NCBI RefSeq assembly: GCF_964355755.1
Contig: NC_092671.1
Span: 32,684,304-32,748,303 of the forward strand
Length of the DNA: 64,000 bases
Origin: Antedon mediterranea
Taxonomy: Eukaryota; Animalia; Echinodermata
Direction: 5' to 3'
Of the stretch, positions 12,752-25,642 are shown piece by piece. Under the pieces are notes generated by a model. It had not been told where the DNA came from, did no database searches, and saw only the letters and a program-made list of their open reading frames with translations. The position numbers were made by a program, and so were the translations under genes. Numbering within the stretch: the first letter of the stretch is position 1; the number at the start of each line of letters is the position of its first letter.

Positions 12752-13475
12752 CTAGCAGTAACCCGTGCTCCGCACAGTCTTTTCTGCCTTAATATGTTGT
12801 TGTATACTTTGCATGGGCAAGTATAATAACAGTTCACTTTGATAAAAGTACTTTGTTTTTTATATTCCCATCACCTCCCATAAATGCCAAAACGTTATTA
12901 ATTATTTATTTTGTGGAAACACCTATTTTTGTGTTGTTTTTTTTATTTGTTCATTTACATTTTTTTTCATGTGTGTTTTTTCGTATCTTTTTTGCTAGTT
13001 TTATAATTACATTGTGGTTTAGTTTTGATTTTAGCTTTAAACGGTGATTAAACAGTAATTATTACACATGTCGCAGATTGAACTCGAACCTACTAAGCAT
13101 TGGTATCAATGGTCACGGCGATTTGCTCACTGAGCCAAACCGTGATTTACAAAATACGTTCTGTTTCAAGGATAGGTGTAATTAATTAAAACTTCAATAT
13201 TCGATACGGTTGACTAAAGACTGTTTATTTCGGCATGGTATTTGTAGATCCGGCCATGGCGGTACACAACAGAGGAGGTTACGTAGTTTATACAGTGACG
13301 AAACATGGTCGCTGAGACGTCAAATATTGTTATTTTTTGCCTTTTTTAAGTGTTTATCCTTAAAATTTAGGAAAGTGACATAGCCTATCATGTGCGGCCC
13401 CTCAATAAACATCAGTGCGCCAAATGTGAGCACGTACCTTTCAGTGGTTTTGGAGGAGTAGCATTAATATATAGA
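12752..13475 (-). mobile_element. Non-autonomous Helitron (second family) with an internal tRNA-like A/B box segment
   Basis: Minus strand A|TCTATATATTAAT ... CTGTGCGGAGCACGGG hairpin ... CTAG|T, with no TSD. Internal TGGCTCAGTGAG / GGTTCGAGTTC at 13070-13142. Confidence 0.75.
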
Positions 13476-13476
13476 T

Positions 13477-13905
13477 AGTTGTGAGGTATTTCCCTGAATG
13501 GTCGCATGATCAAAACCGTACTGGGTATGATCAACTAGCAGTATCACCAACTAGCTATCCATTCATAGTAGTACTCCTGTGCTCCTGGACCGAGACATGA
13601 CTAAACCTACAACTATAACAACTACAACAGTACAGTATAAAAATAAGTTTTTGCATTGTGCTGGCCTATGTCAGAATTAACCATAATTTATATATAGATG
13701 ACATGTCAAGAGTGTTTAGATTTTTTTTTTTTTACATTTTTAATATAACAACAATTGTTAATATACAAATATTAATTATAGATAATTATAAGGAAGAAAG
13801 GCAAAGATTATGGAGCGGCTATTCAATATACAATACTAAGTATAAGGCGATCTAGTCAAAGGTCAAGCACCCATGGTGGATATTCCATATTGAACTTGAC
13901 CTTAA
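13477..13905 (+). repeat. Diverged, truncated relative of the 897-bp tandem unit
   Basis: Shares ordered blocks GTGAGGT..GAATG..GTACT..TATGA..ACTAG..TCCATTCATAG, ATAAGGAAGAAA..TATGGAGCGGCTATTC and GTCAAAGGTCAAG..TATTGAACTTGACC. Confidence 0.8.
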
Positions 13906-13914
13906 TGTAAGTGA

Positions 13915-15200
13915 TTTTGATGATTTAAATAAGATGATGCTGAATACTAAATCTGTAGTAATACCCTTGGAGAAGAAAGTAAACACCCATCGATGTGATG
14001 AACACCGAACGATAAGTCTCATAATGCATACATCTAAGATAACACTTAAGGCATTAAATGACAGATTGGCATCAAAACTTGCACCAGAGATGCGATTGCT
14101 GTGCTGAGAGTGATGGGAGAAAAATCCCTAGAATATGGTAACGAATTGTATATATGCTTTGTGGATTATGAAAAAGCATTCGACAGGATTAATTGGATCA
14201 AACTGATGGACATCTTGTATAGAATTGGTGTTGACTATCGGGACAGACGGTTAATATGGGAGCTGTATATCAATCAATCTGCATCAATTATAATAGACGG
14301 GCAGTTATCTGAACCAGCACAGATAGGTAGAGGTGTCAGACAAGGAGGAATACTGTCAACTAACTTCTACAACATTTATGAAGAATTTCTACTTTCAGAA
14401 GCACTTACAGACTGTAGTGATGGAGTAAAAGTTGGTGGTCACAGAATCTCAACTGTACGGTTTGCGGATGATAAGGCTGTGATGGATAACTCTAATGTCG
14501 GTCTCCAAAGAATATTAACGAAAATTAATGAAGCAGGGAAAGAATATGGAATGAAGATAAACACCAGAAAAACTAAAGTAATGTGCATTACAAAAAGAGC
14601 AAATGTACAAATGGAAATATATGTTGATGGGGAAATTATTGAACAAGTTGATTCCTTTTGCTACCTGGGAACAAAAATAACAACAGATGGCAGATGTAAG
14701 AGTGAGATTCTAAGGAGAATAGGATTGGCAAAGGGGAAATTCCTAACAAACAGGAAATTCTTAACAAGTAAAGCAAGTATTGAAACAAGAAAGAAATGGT
14801 TAAAGCATTAGTATGGAATGTTGCATTATACGGAAGCGAAACATGGACATTAAAAAAAGAGGAAATAAACAGAATAGATGCATTTGAAATGTGGTGTTGG
14901 AGAAAAATGCTAAAAATTCAATACACAGAGCACAGAAGGAATGATGACATTTTGAATGAAATAAGAGAAGAAAGACAACTAATGAAACGCATTAATGAAC
15001 AGCAGAAGAAATGGATTGGTCACAGTATTAGAAATTGGAGGATTATTGAAAATAGTGATGGAGGGTAGATACGATGGAAAAGCAGGTAGAAGAAAGAAGA
15101 GAAAAATGCTACTGGATAGACTTAAAAATGGAAACAACAAGCACGAATGTGCAATACTCGGGGTACAGCGAAAGAAGCTGTATACAGACGTATACAGTTA
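13915..15200 (+). mobile_element. Decayed RTE-clade LINE reverse transcriptase (frameshifted, 5'-truncated)
   Basis: ORF 14101-14811 has FVDYEKAFD, GVRQGGILS, RFADD and FCYLG. The next frame has LYGSETW and AFEMWCWRKML, typical of RTE elements. Confidence 0.92.
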
Positions 15201-15216
15201 GAAAGTAAAGAAAATA

Positions 15217-15287
15217 GGTTTCGCCAGGGCTCGAACCGGGACCTTCTGCGTGTTAAGCAGACTTGACAACCACTACACTACGAAACC
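15217..15287 (-). pseudogene. tRNA-Val(AAC)-derived pseudogene
   Basis: GGTTTCGTAGTGTAGTGG...TCTGCTTAACACGCAGAAGGTCCCGGTTCGAGCCCTGGCGAAACC. Acceptor and anticodon stems are intact. The D and T stems carry mismatches and a deletion. Confidence 0.75.
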
Positions 15288-15500
15288 TCTTACATTAAAA
15301 ATGTGGGTTACAGAAAGTTTTTTAATCCATTTAAATTACAAATAAATGGTAATAAGCACAAAGCAAAATAAACATGTGTAAAAGTGATAATTACCGATTA
15401 CACAAAATAAGTATTTTAAAAAATAATAAAAATAAGATATACTCTGTATAATTATCATATTGCGTATACAGTACTTTTCACCATAAATTAAAAAAAAAAA

Positions 15501-15572
15501 GGTTTCGTCCGGGCTCGAACCAGGTACCTTCTGCGTGTTAAGCAAACGTGATAACCACTACGCCAAGAATCC
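15501..15572 (-). pseudogene. tRNA-Val(AAC)-derived pseudogene followed by an oligo-T terminator
   Basis: Same family as 15217-15287. Two acceptor-stem mismatches. A T-run follows immediately on the minus strand. Confidence 0.75.
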
Positions 15573-15639
15573 GCATTAACCATATAACTACATAACGCTG
15601 TGGTGTGTGTCACACATTGTGGCTTCTTAATTAAACAAA

Positions 15640-15845
15640 TTAATTAACAAAAAATTAAAAATCCGGCTCTATAGCTTTGAGGACATGTCCCTGTAGTATG
15701 TTCATGCCAAATCCCAGCTCAATACTATAACGAATAAGGGAGGAGTAGTACTTTAAAAATCGCACTTTTTACTTAATAGTGTCCAGATGGAGGAAGAGAA
15801 GGAGAAAATGAGTAAGTACTAGACTCGGGTACCCCGAGTAAAAAT
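15640..15845 (+). mobile_element. Probable Helentron-associated (HINE/DINE-1-like) element end
   Basis: CATGCCAAATCCCAGCTC core-like block, purine-rich tract, and terminal hairpin ACTCGGG-TAC-CCCGAGT followed by an A-run. Confidence 0.45.
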
Positions 15846-17520
15846 GACTGTCATGGACCTGCCAATTGGCAGATGACAAGGTAGACAAGGTAGGTAGATG
15901 CTGATATGATCGATATGTTTCCTAGAAATTCTAATCAAACATTTTTTTTGTGTATAATAATATAATATTGAATAATAATAAAACATGTATTCACTACATA
16001 TAGCTTCATAGTGTTATTTATTGTATAATAATTCATGTTCAGCACAACATCAGTATTCAATTTCATTTTAATTATAATATTAACAATAACAACATATTAA
16101 TTAAATACAGTTAAATAATCCATCATATTTATTAGTATATTTACATAACAATAGTACAGGTGTAGTAATAGATGTAAATTCTCACGCCAAAGATCTACTT
16201 GTAATTTACAACACCAAGACGTGAGTAAAGTTGCGACAAATACTTGGAGAGCTTGTAGGGTAATCAAATGCCACATTTGTCACACAATGCAAAAATCAAT
16301 TGCGTTTATGTGATGAAAAGTTAACATGATACAATTACTGTACGCTACACGAGGAGGTCTGTAATCGGACACGTCATCGGCATGTTTTAAGTTATTCAGA
16401 GTCATAAAAATCAATCGATATGTTGAATTTCAATAGTGATTACACAGTAGACACAAAGACTATAATCCAGTGTTACTCGTGCGGAGGTCTTATAATGATA
16501 TACAATACATCTTACAAGATGATAAAAATTAATTATGCTGATTACGAACCTTATTTATGTAATTCTAAGTGTGACACACTAAATTGAATTAGAAATGATC
16601 TGTCTAACATTGTTATAGGCATTGGTGAATCAGTAGAGTGTAAAATATATCCATGGTTTTGATGCAAACGTGTTTATAGGTTCAAGTTCTTTTTAATCAA
16701 CTTCAATTCAGTGTTACGATATTTTACTGCAGGTGTTATATTTTTGCTAAATCAAAGTAGTTTATAGGTGCAGATGTAAGGTCTCAATAAAACTGTACAG
16801 TATGCTGTTATTTTTGCAGTGGTTTAATTTTCCAAAAATTTGGCGATCGGGAACCTTAACACAAAATATTGACAAATTTCAAATTAGTAGATAAATATAC
16901 ATCAAGAAAGCAAATTTACATGTGCAAAATATGTAAAAAAAAAAATGTTTATGATATTTTGAGCAAAGCAAAATAACTGACTTATGATTTACAAAGTTAC
17001 GATTATTGAGCTATTGGTATTCTATGAGACTGCCACATATTCTGTGAAACAGCCACACATTATGTGAGATGACTACATATTCTGTGAGACAGCCCCACAT
17101 TCTGTGAGATGGCCACATATTCTGTGAGACAACCATACATTCTGTAAGATGGCCACATTTTCTGTGAGACAGCCACACATTCTGTGAGATGGCCACATAT
17201 TCTGTGAGACAGCCAAACATTCTGTGAGATAGCCACACATTCTGTGAGACTACCACATACTCTGACAGACTGCCACATTTCTGAGACAGCCACACATTCT
17301 GTGAGATGCCATATATTCTGTGAGACAGCCACACATTCTGTGAGGTGGCCTCAGAAACAACTACACATTCTGTGAGAGCTACATACTCTGACAGACTGCC
17401 ACATATTCTGTGAGACAGACACCTGTTCTGTGAGACAACCACACATTATTTGATATGGCCACATATTCTGTGAGACTGCCACATACCCTCAGAGACTGCC
17501 ATGAATTCTGTAAGGATATA

Positions 17521-18188
17521 CCGTACTGACGCGGGTATAAGCCCATACTCGGGTATAAGCCCACCCCCGACTTTTGACTAATTTTCATGAAAAATGAGGC
17601 ACTCGGGTATAAGCCCACCCATTAATTCGAAGATCTACAGTGCGTGTCGGAATACATTATTTTGTATTTGGCGACGTCCATACACCGAATACACCTACCT
17701 TTGATCATAACCAAGCTAGGCTAATATACGCTAGGCCATATGAGGCCTAGCGGTCCTGTTTTGTTTACACTCCATCGCGTTCGAAGATCGCTTCACACAC
17801 GATGCTACAAGTCGCCAAAACGGGAAAACCACTATTTCGTATCGGCTGCCATAAACAAGCTTATTAAATTTCTTTGGTACATTTCTATTTAACGAACATT
17901 GTATACTTGCTTTTCTGCTTGATAAATTCTTGTTAAATTGATGTTTAAAATAAGATATTCTACGATAAATTACACGAACTATAAACTTAATTTTCCGACA
18001 CTCTACACCTCGTGTATTTAGAGGCAACGTTGTACACGTGAGGGCGCTCGCTCGCATGGTGGAATACACAGTGTACATGTGCTGTTTTTGACGATCTGCA
18101 TTTTTGGATCCTCGGGTATAAGCCCACCCCCCAAACTTGACGTGATTTCATGTTCGAGGGGGGTGGGCTTATACCCGCGTCAGTACGG
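17521..18188. mobile_element. pogo/Tc2-like (Tc1/mariner superfamily) MITE
   Basis: TA|CCGTACTGACGCGGGTATAAGCCCA ... TGGGCTTATACCCGCGTCAGTACGG|TA, a perfect 25-bp TIR with TA TSD and internal repeats of GGGTATAAGCCCAC. Confidence 0.9.
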
Positions 18189-18848
18189 TATATTCTGTGA
18201 GACTGCCACATACTCTCAGAGACAGCCATGAATTATGTAAGGATATATATTCTGTGAGACTGGAATATATTCTGTGAGGCTGGCATATACTCTGAGAGAC
18301 TGACAAATATTCTGTGAGTCTGCCACAATTCTGTGAGACTGTACACACTCTGAAAGACTGCCACACAGCCTGTGAGACTGCACACACTCTGAGAGATTGG
18401 AACACATTCTGTGAATCTGCACACACTCTGAGAGATTTGCACACACTTTAAGAGACTGGCACACATTTTGTAAGACTGCTACACATTATGTGAGATTGGG
18501 ACACATTCTTTGAGACTGGTACACTGTCAGACTGCACACACTCTAAGAGGCCGATGCACATTCTATGAGACTGGCACACACTACTGTATATGTAAAGGCT
18601 GCTATACAATCTGTGGGACTGCACATTCTTTGTGAGACTGGCACACATTGTGTAAAACTGGCAAAAATTCTGTGAGACTGCCCATACTCCGAGAGAGTGA
18701 CACACATTCTATGAAACTAGCACACACTAATGTATCTAAAAGCTGCGAAACATTCTGTGAGACTACACATTCTCTGTGAGACTGGCACACACTACTGTAT
18801 GTAAAGGCTGCTAGACATTCTGTGTGACTGAACACATTCTGTGAGACT

Positions 18849-19225
18849 TGATTTGATTTGATTTATTTCGGCATCAGTACATAAAATATCACAGACATAC
18901 AATTAAAATTGGCAAATATAAAAATACCAAAATAAAACAAGGATGCCAAGGATAACTCATAAAAGTCCTCTACGGACTTGTTTCCAAAGAGGTCCTTTGA
19001 AAGAACAGCAAAAAAGACAAACAATGCAACATATAAAAATTACAAAAAAACAGCAAAATAGGACAATCGAAAAAAGAAGAAGCGCTTATTAAATAGTTTC
19101 TAGAGCTAGTGAACGTTCCTGTAGATACTTTTTAACTTTACTTTTAAAACAACAAACAGTTTGTGATTCCTTAATGTTAATTGGTAAATTATTCCATTCT
19201 TTTATAGCATTGTAAAAAAAGGTCA
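18849..19225 (-). mobile_element. CR1/L2-type LINE 3' end
   Basis: The minus strand encodes FFYNAIKEWNNLPINIKESQTVCCFKSKVKKYL (WNxLP motif), followed by a 3' UTR and an (AAATC)n tail. Confidence 0.75.
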
Positions 19226-20499
19226 CATGTGTCATGTCATATCACTTATGGAATACATTCTGTGAGACTGGTACATATTATTTCTACACATTCTTTGAGG
19301 CTGCACATACTCTGTGACATGCACTAAAGAATAGTGACATTCACTGAAACGGCACAGATTTTGTGAGAATGATGGCACAATGTGTGTTTTTCCATAGGAA
19401 TGCAAATATCAAGAATAAATTGGTTAATACTCTGTAAATGTCAGAGTGAAGTGTTGAATAAGTAGGTTAAAGTATCGTTACATAAAATGTCAGGCCATCA
19501 TACAAGTTTTCAATATCTTGCTAGACATGTTGATAAGAACAATTACAAAACTAGTAAGACACTGTTTCTGAATATCAACAATATTTACAGTACAAACATG
19601 AATGTGACTTATCAGCAATGAATCCAGAATTTTTAAATCCTTTAATTTGCATTCTAAATTTCAAAATTTGGATCTAATTATGAATATGAATATTTGATGG
19701 CTATAGTATTATTAAAGCACTAGTATAGCGAGTAGTGCTCTACAAATGGCTTAAAAACAGATTTAAGCTGCATTCACACTTGAACGAAAGCCATTATGTT
19801 AAATGGAAAGTCGTGTAAAACTATAAAACTTTATGTGACAAAAAAATGTGATGTGCCCATGTCATGTCATATCACTACCATATTTGGGTGCATCAAACTT
19901 TTTTTGTCAAACTAGATTTGAATTGACTGACCCTGTCTTCATCTTTCAACAACAAAGTTTGAATGTAAAGGTCATGTTTATTGCCTGTTTAGAACCTATG
20001 GTCTTGGCATAAACATTTCTAGCAGAGTGGAGTTTATAAATATTCATTTAAATATCTTTCAACCAACATCATTATAGACCTGCACAAAAAAGGTGGAAAA
20101 ACCTTAATGTAAATCAACCTTAGGTGCGTTTTCTACAGATTATTTTGTAATCATTTTGTTATTTTATTTATTAAATTAAATTATTTTTCAAGTCTGAATT
20201 AAAAAAGTTAAGAAATCTGCTGTTTTATTTCAAATCAAACTGTTGTTTTGTCATCATCAGAGATATAAGGAAATGTTTAAAATATCCTATTTGAAATTCA
20301 AATGCTATCGATAATTATTAAACTGCCTCCTCAACAGAATACTAATTCCCAATGAATATTGATAACAAATTACATATTATCGCTTCGGGACAATTTGAAT
20401 AAAGAGATCATTAATTGTACTTGATTTGATTTGTTCTTCTCACTTTAGTCACATATTTTACTAGCATATTAAAAAAATAATTTAAAAAATAAATAATTA

Positions 20500-20990
20500 T
20501 CAATATAGACTGGGACAAAACATGGTACTGTAAAGTTCACAATATGAAACATTTACCAAAAGTCGCCCAATTTAATTTTAAATTATTACATCCTATCTTA
20601 GCTTGTAGAAAAAACTTAAAGAAGTGGAATAAAATAAGTGATTATTGCGAAAAGTGTTGTATAGAAATAGAAAGTGAAAAACATATGTTGTACACCTGTA
20701 ATAGCATTCAATCAGATTTGAGTAAGTTCCGTAAACTGATTGTTAAATGTATTCGGACTAATGAAACACTACGGCCGGGTTTCCCCAAATGGTCAGACAT
20801 AGTTATAGGAACTCAACACATGCTCGTTAATGAACTCATATCTTTATTTACATTTAGTATTTACAAATCTTGCATTATATATAAACAAGCAAACATAAAG
20901 GTTTAATTATCACTTGGAATTTATTTAAGATAGAACTAAAAATTTTTATTTCAAATGAATACTTATGTAATCTAAACAAAGCAGAAAGAA
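20500..20990 (+). mobile_element. L1/Tx1-type LINE remnant, C-terminal zf-RVT region
   Basis: FNFKLLHPILACRKNLKKW...CEKC...ESEKHMLYTC is the zinc-binding motif found after the RT in L1/Tx1 ORF2. Confidence 0.75.
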
Positions 20991-22002
20991 AATAGAACGA
21001 CGTTAAAGAAAAACTCCTTGAATCAATTATCTAAAAAGAAAAATAATCAATAAAATTTAATTTAATAAAGATTAATTTAAGAAATACACACGAATAAACG
21101 CGGCATACAGTATATTTGATTGAGTTCAGATCAATTGTTAGTTTACCACCATTATTATATTATTGTTTTCTAGGAGGCGCCTGAGTCCGGGATGACCAAG
21201 ACACAACTGGTGCTAGCCAGAACTTAAACTAGAACTATAAAAATAAACCTGGCTAGCGACGAGGGCGTATCCCCATACTTCGGTTTGGATTTAGCTTTGC
21301 ATTATTCATTAGTTTTTTATTTTATCATATAATTCATGTAAAATAATGAAATTGAAAGCAATATTATGTTCAAAATGTCTTTATCAATATCTTATAATGC
21401 AATATACCATTTTATTATACCTAATCTCAATTTTTAATACTGAATATCAATTTATCATCTTTTTTAAGCATCACGTTATTCTAAGGTTAATCTGTTAAGC
21501 ACCTGGAGAATCTGCAAAAGTATCAGTTCAAATCCTTGTCGGATCATACTTATTATCCATTATACTTTAATTAATTGTATTATTAAAAGCCTGAAACATG
21601 CAACTGTATAAACTTGATCTGCGTACACTTGATCTTCTAATGTATGATGTAGTTATCAGATTTTTAGGAAAAAAAGGTTTGATTTTTAAAGTCAAGAATG
21701 ATTTTGACCGTAATCTCGGACACTGACAGACAAAAACTTCATGAATAATCACTTCGAATAAATACCTGCATCTATGTATTTTCATATGAATATTTGAAAT
21801 ATGAATACCAATACATAATCACCCTATACCACCAGTACAGTATTACTATTATTAATAATACTTTGTTTAATGCATTTTTTCTCAATTATTTACAAGTAAG
21901 GTTCTTTATAACATTCCATTTGCAAAATAACAAAATAATAATAATTATTATTTACAATGCTCTTTTTCCTTTTTCTTTTTGTCTGGTTTTGTGAGCCCTT
22001 TT

Positions 22003-22815
22003 TTAATTATTTTGTCCCTTTTTCATGCCACTAGTACATGGTGGATTGGTTGTTGACAACTGTCCATTTGTGGAGATGGTAACATTTTCCTTCTTAATTT
22101 TTGGCATGAAAAGAGAAAATTTATCATAGTGTACATTTCTTTCTTCTTCACTCATTGAAGTCCACATTAACTGATCTAGTTTAAATTTCTTGAAATCATC
22201 TGACAGTTTATACCCTCCCATATTAACAAATGACATGTTCACATCTTTAAATTGCCCCTTAACTAACTTTTCCAACATGATAATTAAATCCGGCAGTTTC
22301 TTTTGTTTCCAATCTGCAAAGGCTTTTATAGAGTGATTCATTGATTCATTGTTATTGTTGGTCCGACTGCCTATTAATTCTGTGTGTTTCCAAACCTTTT
22401 CCTTTAATTTCGGAAACATCTTATTCAAGTAATGTAGTGCATCTGGTGCAATGTTAACGACAAATTCACGTAACAAGTTTTCTGTAATAGTAAATGATGC
22501 TTCTGACTTTGTATCAAGCAATTTTACAACTTTTTTATGTATGGAAGTTCTAACATTCCTTGGAACTCCAACTTTGTTAGTTAAATAATTGGACAAGTTT
22601 TCAAGAATGTGTTTTCTGCATAGTGCATGTTTACAATTAAATGTGTCTATAAATGCTTTGTGCATAGCTAGTTCATCATCTGTCCCTACTATTAAATTAC
22701 TAAAATCCTTTACACCATTATTAATTAAATTGTACTTTAAGAAATTATAAAATTCTGAAAATGCTAATTGATCACTCTTATGGTGGAGTAACATTGGGCC
22801 AAAAAAGACTGGATG
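22003..22815 (-). pseudogene. Mutator-like (MULE) DDE transposase, C-terminal part, 5'-truncated
   Basis: HPVFFGPMLLH...IVGTDDELAM...HALCRKH (CxxH)...RTNNNNESMNHSIK. These are the second D, CxxH and catalytic E motifs of MULE transposases. Confidence 0.85.
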
Positions 22816-22819
22816 GTCA

Positions 22820-23627
22820 TTTTTTTGGTTTGCGTGATTTACACTGTAAAATCTAACCTAATCTGTAAATTTTACCCAAAAAAAAAAGATGTTTTTCGCC
22901 CAAAAAAAAAAACCAACATACAACAATTTCATTATTTTTTTTTCAAAAATGTCTTGCTATGATAGTCCTAGTCATGATAGAACCAATAATAATCCATTTG
23001 GAGGAGGTTTGCGCAGGTTTTTTTTGGTTTGCGCGATTTACACTGTAAAATCTGACATTTTACCCCCAAAAAAAGATGTTTTTCGCCCAAAAAAAAAGCC
23101 AACATACAGAAATTTCATATTTTTTTTTTCAAAAATTACTTGCTATGATAGTCCTAGTCATGATAGAACCAATAATAAGCCATTTGGAGGAGGTTTGCGC
23201 AGGTTTTTTTTGGGATTGCGCGATTTACACTGTAAAATCTGACATTTTACCCAAAAAAATGATGTTTTTCGCCCCCAAAAAAAGCAAACATACAGCAATT
23301 TCATAATTTTTTTTCCATAAATTACTTGCTATGGTAGTCTTAGTCATGATAGAACCAATAATAAGTCATTTGGAGGAGGTTTGCGCAGGTTTTTTTTTGG
23401 TTTGCTCGATTTACACTGTAAAATCTGACATTTTACCCAAAAAATGATGTTTTTCGCCCAAAAAAACGCCAAAATATAGCAATTTCATAATTTTTTTTTT
23501 CATAAATTACTTGCTATGATAGTCCTAGTCATGATAGAACCAATAATGGGCCATTTGGAGGAGGTTTGCGCAGGGTTTTTTTTGGTTTGCGCTGTTTGCG
23601 CTTGGTTTGCGCAGTTTAGCAATACCC
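22820..23627. repeat. About 185-bp subterminal tandem repeats (~4.3 copies) ending in TIR ...GCGCAGTTTAGCAATACCC
   Basis: Unit GGTTTGCGCGATTTACACTGTAAAATCTG...GGAGGAGGTTTGCGCAGG. The reverse complement of the terminus (GGGTATTGCTAAACTGCGCAAA) recurs alone at about 43468. Confidence 0.8.
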
Positions 23628-25429
23628 TTACCTTCCTGGTGTCAATATTTGGCAGTACAAAGAAAGTATATACCACCAGTACAGTATCACGTTCCTGGTG
23701 TCAATATTTGGCAGTACAAAGAGGAGTAAATCACAGCCATTATGAGCACAAGTCTAAGGCACTTCTGGTGGTAGAACCTACTACTGGAGGTACATTTCTT
23801 GCTTGTCCACTTAAAAAGGACTGTTGGAAAGAGTAGGGATTACCCGGTGTTCATTTCCAGCCTCTGTCATTAATTGTAACCGGACCTTTTCTACAAGCTT
23901 TGCTTTCATGACTTTGGTATTGTATTTTCGTAGTAGCTCACTTCAAATCTTCAATGTTGATGTCATGGGACAGATAGTTTAGACAATTACATTAAAAAAA
24001 AAAGATTCTTTCACGCAATGAAAGTTGATTTACATGGATGATCGTATTCCCAAGAGAGCGACGCCTGCAATCACCGTGACCTAGTGAAATCAGGCCAGTA
24101 TACAGAAATCAATAATTTACTAACATTACCATAAAGGACACATATCAAGGCATTTAGTCATGTAAATTCTATTACATTACCTCTGCTATGCTGTAACTCA
24201 AAACATGCTAGATAGGAATATAATAAATTTATAATATGTTCATTTAAAAAAAGGTCGGTCGGTTCATAGACTTAAAGCCTTGTCCACACTATCAAACTTT
24301 ATGTGACAAATAAATATGATGTACCCATTATGATGCCATATTTGGGAATATCATTACCATATTTGGGAATATCATACATTTTTTTTTTAGTTTGATAATC
24401 AGAGCTTTACAAAACTTTAAGGTTTAAAAAAAGGAACATTCTTGTGATCATTGTACTACTTTAAAAAGCATACTTTTTTCTACAAAAAAAATGGAGAGGG
24501 CACAAAATAGGTACCTTATAATAGACTGGCAAATTTCGTTTATCACACTACACACCCTGTGCAATGTACACTGATCTATTCTGCATGTTCGGCTAAAACA
24601 CCCAACATCATCAGACATGATGGACAGGAAGTCTTTAGTTTGTACACATTTAAATATAAAATGAAAACAAATAAAAGAGCATATTTTTTTACCAGAGAAA
24701 AATAATTATTAAACTACGTAAAATTTACTTGTAAATAATGGTGTAAATTCATTTATGGGTGGTGGAAAAGGGGAAGGCTACGCAAGAATTAATATTCTTA
24801 TTGTATTACACTTCATTATTTTACAAACATGTGAGAGTGAGACACTAACTTTTTCATATTGGAGGATAGACGTGTTCCATCTGATAGTTTTGTCATATTA
24901 CACAGTGGTGATAGTGGTAAATAATAGTAAATCAATAACAAATTGTTTGTAGAAAGTAATAAATATTTATTATTGACAATAGATTTTTTTTTTTTAAATT
25001 AGGTTTTATTACTGATGACAGTTCATAAATTCAGGTTTTTTAGGTTTCTTAAAAGTTGGTTGTTAAAAGTGTTAAATGTTGTTAATTGGGAACAGGTCAG
25101 TAAATTTAATGACAAATTTTAAATATAAACCATTAAATATTTGTATTTTTTTGTATTGTTTACCTGAACATTGAATAAAATACAAAATGAGTAAATATTA
25201 ATTTAGTATTCAACTACTCAATGAAAAGTGTTGAGGACTGCAAAAGACATCAGAGAAATGACGTCCTCACAGTTTTTCTGTTAAAGAAATTTGGACTGTA
25301 AATGCAGATACTGTAAAGTAGGTAATCAATATAAAGACAGACTACCCATATTCAATATCACCTGATTCTTAGTATCATTTGAACATTCCATAATGCAGTA
25401 CTACTACATGTTTCATGTGTTTCACCTAG

Positions 25430-25642
25430 TATCATAGACCAAACATAACCCCTCAATTGAGAAGAATTTGTATATGAAAAATTAAGATACTCATTTTAAT
25501 AGCGAATGCACCTTGGCATTTAGTTAAATTACTATATCATAGACTAAACATAACCCTTCAATTGAGAAGAATTTGTATATAAAAAATTAAGATACTCATT
25601 TTAATAACGAATGCACCTTGGCATTTAGTTAAATTACTATAT
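25430..25642. repeat. Direct tandem duplication of about 106 bp
   Basis: tatcatagac(c/t)aaacataacc...ttaaattactata occurs twice. Confidence 0.85.

Larger units (their letters stand above)
17020..19370. repeat. Degenerate ~20-bp minisatellite (CACATTCTGTGAGACAGCCA)n interrupted by insertions
   Basis: Tandem array visible directly. It is interrupted by the MITE at 17521-18188 and a LINE tail at 18849-19225. Confidence 0.9.

Noticed and set aside
17011-18835. Cys/His/Ser-rich ORFs resembling zinc-finger repeats
   Set aside because: They are products of the ~20-bp minisatellite and lack correct C2H2 spacing.
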